Positions 1 through 11,464 of a stretch of DNA of 20,000 bases are shown here, piece after piece; the stretch's first letter is position 1, and each line of letters starts with the position of its first letter. Location of the stretch: positions 44,449-64,448 of the forward strand of contig KZ538516.1 in NCBI GenBank assembly GCA_000934665.2, read 5' to 3'. The stretch comes from Catajapyx aquilonaris. Its lineage: Eukaryota. The notes under the pieces were generated by a model. That model saw only the letters and a program-made list of their open reading frames with translations, was not told the origin of the DNA and did not search any database. The translations under genes and the position numbers were made by a program.

Positions 1-1977
1 AGCTACCAGATTTGTTCGTGCCTGTGGATCTCAAGTCAGTATATTCTCTCTCAATCCATTTGTTTTCAACTCCTTAACTTCTCTGAAGTCGAAAAGGCTT
101 ACAGGGCGAAAAAGGCTTATTCTTTATGGCTTCACTCGATTGTGCCTTCGACACGCAAAGGGCTTGTTCTAGAAAAATCATTGCTGCATCAACCAAAATG
201 GATGGAGTATACTTTATAAAAGAGCACTATCGTATATCCAGCAAGCCTAACCATATTCCGAACCGAAATGTGATCGGCTCACAGTTCTATTCAATTCTGA
301 ATTGCCATCAATTTTACATTACAATTATTTTAATTGTGAATTTATTGAAAGTATTCGATTTAAGCAATTCTTGAACATTTTGGTTCCATTCAATTCTACA
401 GTATTCCATTCATTAGTTTGGACATAATTCCTATAATTAATTCAAATCCGAACTGATTTGTAACCATAACTGGTTGCAACATTTCTAGTTGGAAAACAAT
501 ACACCTGAAGAGAATTGGCCTCATTGATATTATGAGATTTACTGGACTAATGAAGCAGCCATTACACCACATATCTTTATGGACCCCTTTGGACAATCCC
601 AAGGACAGGTGGTCCGCGGACCACCCGTCGCAGGTAGCTGTTGCATTACATGGTATATGATATACAGCACTATGTTCCTGCTGTCGCACAGTTAACACAT
701 GTGTCGCAGATTTTATGATGTTGACTTGCATGTCTGTAGCAATTCATTGGCATTACACGCAGTATTTGTGGCTGTTAACAGCGGCCCTCACACGAGAATA
801 TGTCTGGTAGTATGAATCACAGCAATATATTGTCGCAATAGATATGAACATGTAATAGATTAACGTAGCATTATCAAAAGAGTCTCCGAACTGAAGTAGT
901 GCTCGAGATCTGGCGGAAATCGCTGAGTGGAAATGGAACTACGTTGAAATCAGCAGCTTTCGGAGCTCGGAAATCCTATCAGGATGGGCGTAACAACGTG
1001 TCATTGCCAAGAATGCCACGCTTTGTTGGCTCAAGGATACAGAGAGAAATCGGCTGAAAACGGACACAACTCGCAAGTACTAAATCGGTACCGAAGAACC
1101 TCCATTTATGCGACAGGGTCATGTGAGCAGCACCCCGTACTGTCCAAGCACCGATTCAAACAGCAGCTAACATCGCGGACTAAATTGATCCGATGACGAC
1201 TCAAGGCGAACGGGTTGTCGTGGAAAGCCATAAATTTCACACCGTTCGGATGAACGTACAATTATCCGGGACCCGTTTCAAGAAAGTATTTCAAGGGCTA
1301 CCGCCTCTTTATTATAAGAAGATGGGATCTGATCAATGGAAAGGATACATACAGATGCTACCTCAAAAATATCGGTTGTAACCTTATAGCTTGGGGAGGA
1401 ATCCACCAGTCACAGCGAAGGCTGTAAATATTAATAATATGATCCTTAATTATTTGAGAATTTGAGAAAGGTTACGGGTTTTTACCTATATAGAAGGAGC
1501 GGTGTAACATACTGCTCGCGCTTCGCAGAAGAAATTAATTTTGGCGCACCGATTGCGTGTATTAATTACCCCAGATTATACAAAGATAGAGTTCGGAGAA
1601 ATATACTGGCATAATGTGACGCGGTTATTTATTAGTTGCCATTATTAGCATATAAACGAGGGAATTATTTTGCCAACTTTCGCGAACTCTGCAATCACCA
1701 TAAAGAACTAGGCGAACCTGTCGGTGGTGCAAGTTTTTTTTTTTTCGCAACTTGCCATCTGATATGGGTTTAGGAGTTCGTCCTTGTCGACTTGAACTCC
1801 CGAATGAAGGAAGCACACGTTAAAGTCAATTTTCGTCCCATTTAATAGTGATAGTGACAGTCAAGGTGTCAAAACGCATTCTTTTGTATGTAGGCGAAAG
1901 TGACAATAATACGGTGGTACACCGACTATTAGCAGCTAGTATAGCTCGTCCTTCTGACTTCCAAACTTTCTATACAG

Positions 1978-2022
1978 ACCTGCTGATGGTGAAAGCAACG
2001 AGCCTACCTCAAAAAAACATTG
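1978..2022 (+). CDS. PDZ-protein gene, candidate exon A (possible start ATG at 1986; MVKATSLPQKNI)
   Basis: Branch-like ctgac and acceptor ctttctatacag end at 1977; donor G|gtaaag follows 2022. The phase-1 end joins exon B in an open frame. Further upstream exons cannot be excluded. Confidence 0.5.
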
Positions 2023-2149
2023 GTAAAGGTTAGGGAAAACAAAAATAGTGTCCTGATGCACAAGGCTGCCATATGTTAGTTCTCAAATGACAAACTATGC
2101 AACTCAACATTTTACGTAACTAATTGGCTACTATTCTCTCCCATTTCAG

Positions 2150-2202
2150 ACGGAGTCACGAGGGTACACGAATGCGACAAGGACGGTAAAGGCAACCAAA
2201 AG
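2150..2202 (+). CDS. PDZ-protein gene, exon B ((D)GVTRVHECDKDGKGNQK)
   Basis: Acceptor ttctctcccatttcag, donor AAG|gttagt. Open frame, phase 1 to phase 0, compatible with exon C. Confidence 0.62.
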
Positions 2203-2339
2203 GTTAGTTCATTACCTTTTTATGCCAAGTAATATCGATTGCTGTGCTGTTATTAGACTGCACAATACGTAATAGATTACATCCTAGTCACCTAGTGCGT
2301 CTGTTAAAAAAGAATTGACAAGTGTTTTCTTTTCTGCAG

Positions 2340-2441
2340 GTGACACACAAAGGCAAAAAGGCACCATGGAAGCCCTTTTATGTCTTCTCCCACTCGCGGC
2401 AACAAGAAAGAAGACGAGCCCTTGACGACTCGTGCATTGGG
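2340..2441 (+). CDS. PDZ-protein gene, exon C (VTHKGKKAPWKPFYVFSHSRQQERRRALDDSCIG)
   Basis: Strong acceptor ttttcttttctgcag and donor GGG|gtaagt. 102 bp; only the phase 0-0 frame is open end to end, and it matches exon D. Confidence 0.7.
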
Positions 2442-4392
2442 GTAAGTTAAGAGAAGAGTTGAGAACGTGGGTTGGGATTCCCAGCAGAACTTTCCTGGTA
2501 CACGCTACGTACAAAACTGGCCCTTCATACGCTATATCTCATGAGAGATATTCAGGTGCCTTCTCCAAGCTACCCAGGCGACTTGGTGGCGTCAAGCAAA
2601 TAGCTGAAATCCACAGCAAAAAAGGCCTCCAAAGTTGAGGCCCCATCCATTCGACAGGACTTTTAGATGAGGTTCAAATTAAGAATGATTATAATCTTTG
2701 ATGGAGTCTCACCCATGCCGTAATCCAGGCAATGCGTGCAAGATGGTAATGTCACATCCCACATGCGATGATTTTCAAGGGCATCTAGCTTCAGAGAAAA
2801 CAGGAAGAAGTCTGACTACAAATGGTTGTTTAAAATATTTCGATAATCAAATACCTCAGTGTGCCAACAAGGTCAGGTTATTTTGTTTTAAGTGTAGCAT
2901 GGTACTACATACCACAATTAAGTGTCGCCTATAGATCAATTGCGCTTACAGTGCATATAAAATAGAGGAGCACATGGGGGGAAAAAAAACTGAAGCTATT
3001 CTACAACTCACACAATAGGTGTGTCTCACACCTTCGAACAATATTTTGCAGTCAAGTTTATAGTTTTGCTTTTAAACATCACTTGCGGCCTCTTTGGCGA
3101 CGAGCACAAATCAGGTGGCAATGGCCTGTAAATTATACACTCACTAGTGCTCTGTGAAACATTGCGTAGTTTTTCTGATTGGAAAGTGAAAGATCTCTGC
3201 CGGGTTGGCATTAATGATGCAGCTTGCGTTGATAAATTCTAGGGCTTCTTAAACTACGTTGTGAATGGTTGTGAAGTCACTGCACCAGTTCCATTGAATG
3301 GGGCACACATCAATAATTACACTATCCATAAACGTAAGGCATTGTATGTCATTAGTCGCAATGTATGCCTCGAGAGTGATTTTATTTTTGTGGCAAAGCT
3401 TAAGAGGCGTATATATTCAAAGTTTTAAAACAGCAGCCATAAAAGGGCGGTACAGGGTTTGCCTCGGAATGTGAAGGAGATGAGATATAAGAGTATATTA
3501 AGCATGAAACTTCACACGCCTGTTTTTGTAAACGTATCCAAGGCCTTGAAAACATTTCAACAAGTTGACTACGCATCATTTTTCAGGATTGAGAAAGTGG
3601 TGTCAACTTGAAGTAGATCTCTCAATAACAATTGAACGGAACTCTGTCCATTGAAGTTTTACGCCAAAGTCTGGGACAGTATTGGAAAGGTGTAAAATGA
3701 CAGGGGAAGGTTGCATAAGTGTTCGAAATTAATGTAATTTACGCCCTTTTCTTCCAATGTTAGTCTGCCCAGACTTATTTTAGGGTAATTTATGGAGAAT
3801 TGGTGAAAGCTGTCAAGAATAAAATAAATATTACAAAATAAAATCACAAATATTTGTCGGGCCAGCAGGTCAGTAGCCTGAATGGGATGTGATATTTGCA
3901 AAAAAAATAATTGTAGCTTGAAAAAGAATATCTACTTGGGAAAATCGATGTACTGTACTACATGATTGTATAGGCTATAATAAATAGGATGAACGTACTT
4001 TTAGTACCTTACAATTCCGGGGCACATTTTTTAATTCGGAGAATTGGCACGATTTACACGTATTACGTATGTGCCATCTCGCACGAATGTAGATCAGTTT
4101 TGTAAGGAGTGCTATCCCACCCCGTGCTGGTTTACAAATGTGTGAAGTTTCTCTCATCACATTTCCATCGTGCTTTGCAATACAGGGTGTTTCTTACTAG
4201 AAGATCCCGCAGCCAACGTAATCATGGCCCAATTCAAGTCAAAAATGTAGGGGTGAGAAACATCGAGGGAAAATAGGGACCAGGTAGCCATAAATACTTA
4301 TGAAATTACTTTAGATTTTTTTCCTTCTTCCAGCCTGGAATACGCATGAAATTATTGCTGGATATTTTGTAACCGCAATTACTTTTCCTCAG

Positions 4393-4540
4393 CAGGATCC
4401 AGAACAATTGTTGGTGACCCTGCGTGGGCACGACTTCACTGGCTTGGGATTCAACATTTGTGGAAACATGCGCGATGGAATCTACGTGAAGGATGTTCTG
4501 CATCGAGGACCCGCCTCTGAATCGGGCAAGATAAAAGCTG
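4393..4540 (+). CDS. PDZ-protein gene, exon D: first half of PDZ domain
   Basis: Translates (Q)DPEQLLVTLRGHDFTGLGFNICGNMRDGIYVKDVLHRGPASESGKIKA, with the GLGF loop and GIYV...GPA...G motifs. Acceptor cttttcctcag(cag), donor G|gtgagt. Confidence 0.93.
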
Positions 4541-4820
4541 GTGAGTCATACTGTGATTAAACTGATGCCCTGGGCTCCTAATAGTTCTTTGCGCCTACCT
4601 TGGGGTACACCATCTTGACGTTCGCGTGATGATTGGGTTTGGAAGGGTGGGAAGGTCCAGTTTTGCAAACATTTCGTCTACCCCTCCCACTTGAAACAGA
4701 ATAAGCATTTGCTCCCATAATTGTAACTCATCTTATTGCATGGTATACCTGCATTACAATAATTTCTGCATCCTGTTCCAATGCAAAACATTGTATACAG
4801 TGTTTCGCCTTTTCTCGCAG

Positions 4821-5053
4821 GTGATCGACTTCTCAGCGTGACCATATCCTTCCGTGACATTGTTTTCGAAGATGCTTTGACCATTTTGAGTTATGCGTCG
4901 CCTTATGAGGTCCAACTAGAGCTGGAAAAAGGATGTGACCAAGCATCGCTTAAGAGGGCAGCGACTTCTGGCAGCAACCATGGATCAAGCCCCCCGGGTG
5001 ACCGTCTGTGCCATCCATTTTACCGCAGTCAGTCTATCGACGACCTCGCACAG
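4821..5053 (+). CDS. PDZ-protein gene, exon E: second half of PDZ domain plus linker
   Basis: Acceptor ccttttctcgcag. The phase-1 join gives GDRLLSVTISFRDIVFEDALTILSYASPYEVQLELEK...FYRSQSIDDLAQ. Donor CAG|gtaaag. Confidence 0.93.
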
Positions 5054-6151
5054 GTAAAGACCGTTTCATGCTGACAACTTCACAATGATGCTCAATGTTA
5101 GCCTCAGTCAGCTTTCAATACTGGGGTCATACGTCAGACAACATGAAATTTATCTTTAGTGAAACACAATCATTGTAGAGTATTTCACTAGGAATTAATG
5201 CAAGGGAATCTGCGAACTGATAGGGCTGTATTTGATAGCCATTAGCCATGGTTAAAATAGCAGATAATGCACCTGAGGGATGTTTTGAAACTGTTTTCTA
5301 CTCAATAATTATGACATTAAAATATAGCCTGTTGCAGGCAACAAAATAATGGGGTAACATGAAATTTTAATATTCTTTCTTCTATGTGGCGATACACTGC
5401 AAACAATGCACCATTTGCGCTGTAGAATGGGGATAGTAATGCAAATCTTGTGGTGGAAATGGCGCATAGTTTGCATTATAGAACTACCAAGCTTTTCTTT
5501 TCTTTTTTCATACCCGAATCGCTATGTTTCTCATAGACCTATAGTGTCTCATTTTGAGTTTTCTGAGCGTTTCATCCTAAATAAACCTCATAAGCCATAA
5601 GTCACGCACTAATACGGAATAAACAGACAAGGGATCAGTAATAGGCTACTGGACGTGATTAAATTTTCATTTACTCATTGAGAACCAGGAAAGCCTATTC
5701 TGACTGGTTTTGATTAGGTGTGAAAAATTACACATGCTTTCTTAAGGCAATATTATACTGTGTACATAATGCAAATATATGTCGGCCAAGCAAAATCAAT
5801 AAATTCAAAATAACAGTCGTTTTGAATACGAGCATGTGAGGGTGATTGCTCAAAAATCTGTCTAAAAAGGTCAATCGAACAGTTTGCACCACTCATATGG
5901 ATTGAACCTGTTTTGAAAACATGTATGCCGATTACCAAAATATTGGAGCCCTTAGGACAAATTCTGACTTCATATTCGGCATCGGAAACTACATAAGAAT
6001 CAATCAAAATTATCAATGGGTCAAATTACTCTTGGCCAGTGTCATTTGTTACGGAATAATGATGTAGTGTGTACATTTAGGCTACTGTATGTTATATTGC
6101 ATATTGTACGTTGGCCCTCAGTTAAAATTAACATTGTTTCATATTTTTCAG

Positions 6152-9100
6152 ATGAGAAAAGCCAAACGTGGCCACTACTTTGGAGGCCTACACCAGATGA
6201 GGCGTGGAAGCAGTCAGCTGAGCAGTCCTAGAGAAGAAGGAAGTGGATCTATGAATAAAGCATCGCCTACTACGCATTCCAAAATGTCCACCTTGGAATC
6301 TCCCGTTTCCATCGAAAACCGGAATAAGTCTGGGATGGATGAAACTGATCATAAACCAGTTCGTCTTCAGGAGACACTTCCAAAGATTGCTCCAATTGAG
6401 ACAGTGGTGGCAGTGAAGAGAGAAGCGAAAGGAATCACTGAAGATGTAAAGAATACGGTGGAATCAGCAGACAGCATAGAAGTGGAAGTGAGCAATGAAG
6501 AACCTGTGGAAGAGGAGAAAAATGGAAAGTCAAAATTTGCCAGATTTGGCGTCAAGGTCTTGCCAGATTTTAAGAAGAAGTCAAAGGAAAATGAAAAGTC
6601 ATCCGAGACCATCGAAGAAAAGAAAACGGAAGGCGCAGTATCTGCTAGCCACCAGGAAGAACCCACTAAAAAGTTCATTCAGAAAACAAACTTCGGATTT
6701 AAAATAGGAATATCTGGAAATGACAAAAGTGAAGGCCAGAAAGAGAGTCAGACCAAGAGCAAGTCAGCTTCCGATTCAGAAGCTGAAGAGAAATACCACA
6801 CAGCTTCTGAATCTCCTTTTGAAGTCCGAAAGGACTCGGTCGATAACGCACCAAAGTCCACTGAAGAAAGCAGTGGAAACACTTCTCCAGAGGGAAAGCC
6901 GAAGAAGGGAGAAACCTTCGTCACTAAAGGCTTGAAAAGTTTGAAGGGACTCAGGGATAAGATACAAGGTGAACCGCAGAGAAAGAAACACGACAGTTCC
7001 AGCAGCAAAGAAGATGAAGAAGGTACTTTCCCTAAGCAACATGATGGTAATTCGGATGAGTCCCCAGTTGCTGAGAATCTGCCAAGCAAAAACCAAAAAG
7101 ACTGTGAATCAACTTCACAACAGAAAGAGAAAGAATCCAGTGACACACCAGAAGAAAGAGACTTCTCATTGCAGTCCGAAGCTGATGGACTGGCAGAGAA
7201 AAATGTCCCAATGGAATTGCCTGAAGAAATTCTGAAGGCTGCTACAGCTGCCAAAGAAAACAGAAAGCCAGTAAGGGAAGGCAAGGAAAAGAAGAATACT
7301 GTCAAGTCTCTTCCTGCTAAAGAAGTGGCACCTAAAAGTGACTCCTCTAGTGAAGATGACTCCGGAAAGAAAATGTCAATGCAAGAACATCCCAGAAACC
7401 CGCAGAAACGCACCCCAAAGAAAAAAGCCCCTCCTCCCCCACTAGATCGCAAGTCGTCAACTGAAGAAGAACTTCCAGGCGAGAAAGCCAATCCTGAAGG
7501 CGTGAACATGGTGGACGTGACACCACAAGTGGTCACAATTGTCGCCATGGAGAAAAAATGCCCTGAGGAAGGTAAGCCCACATCGAAACAATCGGAATCG
7601 TATGTAAGCTCAGACAGTGAGTCTGATTCAGAGACACCAACAAGCAAGCAAGGAGGAAACACCGTCGAACTGTCGCCGACCCAAGTAACGGTCCACCATG
7701 GCAACGACGACGAGTTTCATCCTAAGAAAGATGTGGTGTCTCTACCTGAAAGTGCGGAGGAGATTCAAACGTCACCTCACACGACACCTAAAAAGCCACC
7801 GAGAGCTGATGAAAATGGGCGGAAGGCTGCTTCTTTAGGTGACCTCACCAAATTAGAAGAGGAACCGAAAGCTGCGCTGCTCCTGGAAAGAGCCGTATCG
7901 ATGGACTTGGTCCAGGCTGATCAGCATCCGTCTTGCAAAAAGCGGAAGGCTCCTTTGCCTCCTAGTGAGGATCTAAGTGTGATTGACGAAGGTGGATTCT
8001 CTCCTAAAGAACCGAGGCTTGAGACAGAGCGGTTTGGTGGAGGGCTTAAGAAGAGTTCTAACTGGGGCACTCTAGAAGATGCCTTGAAAGATTCATCTCC
8101 AAGTGACGCACCAACCAAGGAAGATGGTGACATGGAGGAGGAGACTTCCAGGCTAACCCCTACTGAGTCGTGCAGAACTGTGGTCATGATCACTCAAGAT
8201 GAAGTTACGTCAACGACTGACCCAGATTCAGATCCACAGCCTCGAGTTCAGTCTCCAGTAGTGTCTTCCAGCAACTCAGGAGTGAGCATTCACATTGGAC
8301 CTTCCTTTGGCGATGCTCACATAGACTCGACCGTCCCGGAGCAGGAAGAAGTTGACACCAATTACAGCATGTCATCATCTGAGTCCGACACACTCCAAGC
8401 CAGAACTCCAATAGACATCAATGATATCAGCCTGGATTTCAGTCTTGAGGTTGACGGTGTTGATGTCCCTCCTGCTCTCCCCACGTCGCCTGTACCTGTG
8501 GCTGCAGTGGTAGAATTTCCGGCTGAAAGCGAGGCCTTCTCCACGACCACCACAGCCACCACCACCACCACCACCACCACCACCACCACCACAATCATTC
8601 ATTCCAACAATGAGCTGGACGCTCATCCCATGGTCACGGAAATCCAGGTGTTATCTGAAGAACGGGAGCGCGAGAACAGCATTGCCGAAAGCGAGGTAAG
8701 CTTCGTCACGGCACGTCACATTAGCGTCGAAGATGACGGATTCGTAACCGCCGATGAGTTCCAGCGGAAGGCCAGTAACGCTTCAAGCACCGATTCCGAA
8801 TCTCAGGTGGAGCTCACCCAAACCTCCCAGTTGAAGAACATCACTGTGATGTCCGTCACCACCAAGGAGTCAGACGCTCCGATGACATATTTAGGTCATG
8901 ACACCAAGGCCCGCCACCTACAAACCACATCGGATGCCAACTCAGATGCCCTCTTCCACACCGAAGTTATTCTAACTTCTGACTCGAACGCCAACGGAGA
9001 TGACTCCAAAGAGGTTTTGGAGATCACACCGGTTGAACTGGACTCTGTAATGATGTCGCATTCCCAGTTCCTCCGCAAGCAGGTCCAGTCATCAGAGTGC

Positions 9101-9418
9101 AGCCTCCCAGTCAACCAGCAACCCTCCAGCTTCGAGCAGTGGGTATACATGGAGCCGAAGGAGGCCGAAAATGGGACGAATGGGACGGATGAGGATGAAG
9201 GCAATGGGGTCGTCTACTCCACCACCATGACCCTACCGCAGAAGACTGTCACCCAGATAGTGCTGGACCCAGATCAGGGGAACTTCACTCTCAATGACAA
9301 CACACCAGTCCCGAAGACAGTCTTCATATCAAACCTACAGCTGAGCAGTGCGGTAGGATCAACTCAGACCACGACATCTGATTCGTCTGTTCCAAAACTA
9401 GAGCCACCTATGAAGTGA
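6152..9418 (+). CDS. PDZ-protein gene, giant last coding exon (1088 aa, E/K/S/T/P-rich, probably disordered)
   Basis: 3.3-kb ORF. Acceptor tttcatatttttcag ends at 6151, in phase 0 with exon E. Stop TGA at 9416-9418. Confidence 0.9.
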   Translation: MRKAKRGHYFGGLHQMRRGSSQLSSPREEGSGSMNKASPTTHSKMSTLESPVSIENRNKSGMDETDHKPVRLQETLPKIAPIETVVAVKREAKGITEDVKNTVESADSIEVEVSNEEPVEEEKNGKSKFARFGVKVLPDFKKKSKENEKSSETIEEKKTEGAVSASHQEEPTKKFIQKTNFGFKIGISGNDKSEGQKESQTKSKSASDSEAEEKYHTASESPFEVRKDSVDNAPKSTEESSGNTSPEGKPKKGETFVTKGLKSLKGLRDKIQGEPQRKKHDSSSSKEDEEGTFPKQHDGNSDESPVAENLPSKNQKDCESTSQQKEKESSDTPEERDFSLQSEADGLAEKNVPMELPEEILKAATAAKENRKPVREGKEKKNTVKSLPAKEVAPKSDSSSEDDSGKKMSMQEHPRNPQKRTPKKKAPPPPLDRKSSTEEELPGEKANPEGVNMVDVTPQVVTIVAMEKKCPEEGKPTSKQSESYVSSDSESDSETPTSKQGGNTVELSPTQVTVHHGNDDEFHPKKDVVSLPESAEEIQTSPHTTPKKPPRADENGRKAASLGDLTKLEEEPKAALLLERAVSMDLVQADQHPSCKKRKAPLPPSEDLSVIDEGGFSPKEPRLETERFGGGLKKSSNWGTLEDALKDSSPSDAPTKEDGDMEEETSRLTPTESCRTVVMITQDEVTSTTDPDSDPQPRVQSPVVSSSNSGVSIHIGPSFGDAHIDSTVPEQEEVDTNYSMSSSESDTLQARTPIDINDISLDFSLEVDGVDVPPALPTSPVPVAAVVEFPAESEAFSTTTTATTTTTTTTTTTTIIHSNNELDAHPMVTEIQVLSEERERENSIAESEVSFVTARHISVEDDGFVTADEFQRKASNASSTDSESQVELTQTSQLKNITVMSVTTKESDAPMTYLGHDTKARHLQTTSDANSDALFHTEVILTSDSNANGDDSKEVLEITPVELDSVMMSHSQFLRKQVQSSECSLPVNQQPSSFEQWVYMEPKEAENGTNGTDEDEGNGVVYSTTMTLPQKTVTQIVLDPDQGNFTLNDNTPVPKTVFISNLQLSSAVGSTQTTTSDSSVPKLEPPMK
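8543..8593 (+). repeat. Coding (ACC)n microsatellite encoding poly-Thr
   Basis: acg acc acc aca gcc (acc)11 aca, translating TTTTATTTTTTTTTTTT. Confidence 0.95.
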
Positions 9419-9765
9419 GTTGAGGACGCTTGCATTTCCAAATGTGCCATTCAGTGAACAAGTTAGTGTGCGTGAACTGGTGCCAACTGAGATCAAAGGA
9501 AAGTCTTCCGGCATGTAAGCACATGAAAGGTTGATGCCAAAACAGTAGTGTGTATAATATTATTCTTGCACTGTTTTTACTACGCAAATATATGATACCC
9601 TCATATTATTGGCACCCCCCCTCCCCCCCCCCNCCCCCCAAATGTCCTGCTCCAACTGAACTTGCACTTCTGACATGCAATGCCTATTCGAAGCATCTGA
9701 CAATCTCGAGCACAATACTCCCACCGGTTTAGTTTCCCACCCTGTGCATTGCATAACAAGATATA

Positions 9766-10163
9766 CAGAGTGGTCAGAAAGACACACCATGTGATCCGTT
9801 GCTCAATTTCTTGTCGAGTTTTACAATCCCAATATAAGGAAGTCGCCTACTAGTCGATTTTTGATATGACGCTCTATTAGTTACAGGTAGGCTGTAATAC
9901 AACTTCACACCAATCATTCCATTGTTGTAATGTTCCTGAGTAAGCTTATCAGAGATTGTCAGGTACTATTAATGTGTAGCTCTATTATCTGTTGTAGTAA
10001 CATTCACTTTAGCATAAATTAGTATGATGTAAACTATAGCCAAGTGTTGCAGTGAAAAAGAAACCCACTTGATAAAATAAAAGTTGACTAGCACAGGTGA
10101 CTTCGAATTTGCCCGAGAATCACATTATACACGTCGATCATGAGTGACTTTTTGAGCACCCTG
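9766..10163. mobile_element. Old Tc1/mariner-type MITE
   Basis: TA|cagagtggtcagaaagacac ... gtgactttttgagcaccctg|TA. Terminal inverted repeats (TIRs) match 16/20, with TA on both sides. Confidence 0.65.
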
Positions 10164-11464
10164 TATTTATCCCAATTTTTGTTTTTGGCATATTCATATT
10201 TCTAAAGATCAGTATTGACCGAAGTTCTTCTGTGCATGGAAAAATTCTTGTTCTAGTTATGTCTCTTTAAAGTTTGGTCCCGTACCCTGAGAAATTGCTC
10301 AACATTATATGCAGAAAATAAAGTTGTAAATTGACCAGGATTTTTGTAGTGCACTAACGAACATTAGAATAATGTAGTGTGAAGTGAATGACTACATGTT
10401 GGTTGAAAGCACATGCATGCACATTCCCAGCAGGCACTGCTTTTGTGTAAAACCTGAAGTATAAAAAAAGAGAGAGAAAGGATGAATTGTCACATTGTAA
10501 AATACGTAGTTGAATCAGGTGTTAGTGTACAAACAAGTGGAACTGAATGGTTATTTTTAGTGGGCTTGTAAGCACTTGGTTTTGGTTTTGTGCCTACAAA
10601 TGGTTCACAGAGTTAGATGTGCAAATTACTGTCATGCAAATTCTATTTATTCTTCTTTCCAGTAAGAAGTACTTAACTTGGTGATAGGTTCATTAAATTA
10701 CTAAAAAAACTCTTCCCTAAACATAAGAGAAATATGGTTATTTTTTACAATTTCCTCACTGTAAAGATTACAATTTACGTCAATAAAAACCGTTTAATGT
10801 TTGTAACAGAGCACAATCACATATTTCCAGAAGACTACCTTATTCCCGTACCAATTACAGGAACTATGTTACCAAGTAGGATTATGATTTCAATTCCAAT
10901 ACACAATTTTCCAAGTTCCTTCTGACTTGGTGTGTGAGAAAGGGGTATGAAATATATAAACCATAAAAGTTTGTCCTACAGTTGAGACAAAATATTTGGC
11001 AAGTAACGCATTCCAAATTGTAACTGTGGAAATCAAAGGGACCATATTATTTAAGCTTCGAATGCTATATTGCATACTTCTTTCATGACGTCTCCTACAT
11101 CTGAAACGACTCAGCATACGTGAACCAGCACCAAGCTTGCAAAAGTGGTATCTTTGTCCAAACCAAGTCCATTGTGTGCATCATGATTTGTATGGGAGCA
11201 ACAAGATCTCAACTGTGACTGATAATTTTTATCCCTCCTAATGCCTGATCAACCATGAAAGAGAATACAGGTAAACATGGCGTGTAAATGCTGCCCAAAT
11301 GCTGCCCCAATAATAGACGTTAGGGTAGTACTTTACCACTACATTTTGCTCTTTTTGCTTCCAGTTATTGAAAATGGGCACTTTTCAGCTGGGAGTGATT
11401 GTGGAAGGGGTGGAAGCTATTTCTCACAGTTCTGTCCCTGTTGTTCTGATACAGTTATAACATA

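Noticed and set aside
640..865. Possible old MITE (cattacatg ... catgtaat)
   Set aside because: The inverted match is only about 8 bp and there is no clear TSD.
984..1381. Adjacent short ORFs as a first exon or transposon-protein remnant
   Set aside because: No recognisable domain and no convincing splice donor in the required phase.
2379..2441. Alternative start MSSPTRGNKKEDEPLTTRAL in exon C
   Set aside because: It ends in phase 2, which is incompatible with the phase-0 acceptor of the PDZ exon.
3505..4195. Inverted gaaacttcacac/gtgtgaagtttc pair and a lone tacagggtgtttc end
   Set aside because: Probably decayed DNA-transposon pieces, but boundaries and a partner TIR could not be defined.
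6089..6151. N-terminal 21 aa of the 1109-aa ORF
   Set aside because: This is intronic pyrimidine tract; the exon starts at 6152.
6367..9204. Antisense and alternative-frame ORFs, including the 318-aa Ser/Phe-rich ORF and poly-Val/poly-Gly ORFs
   Set aside because: Shadows of the biased E/K-rich sense exon and its ACC repeat.
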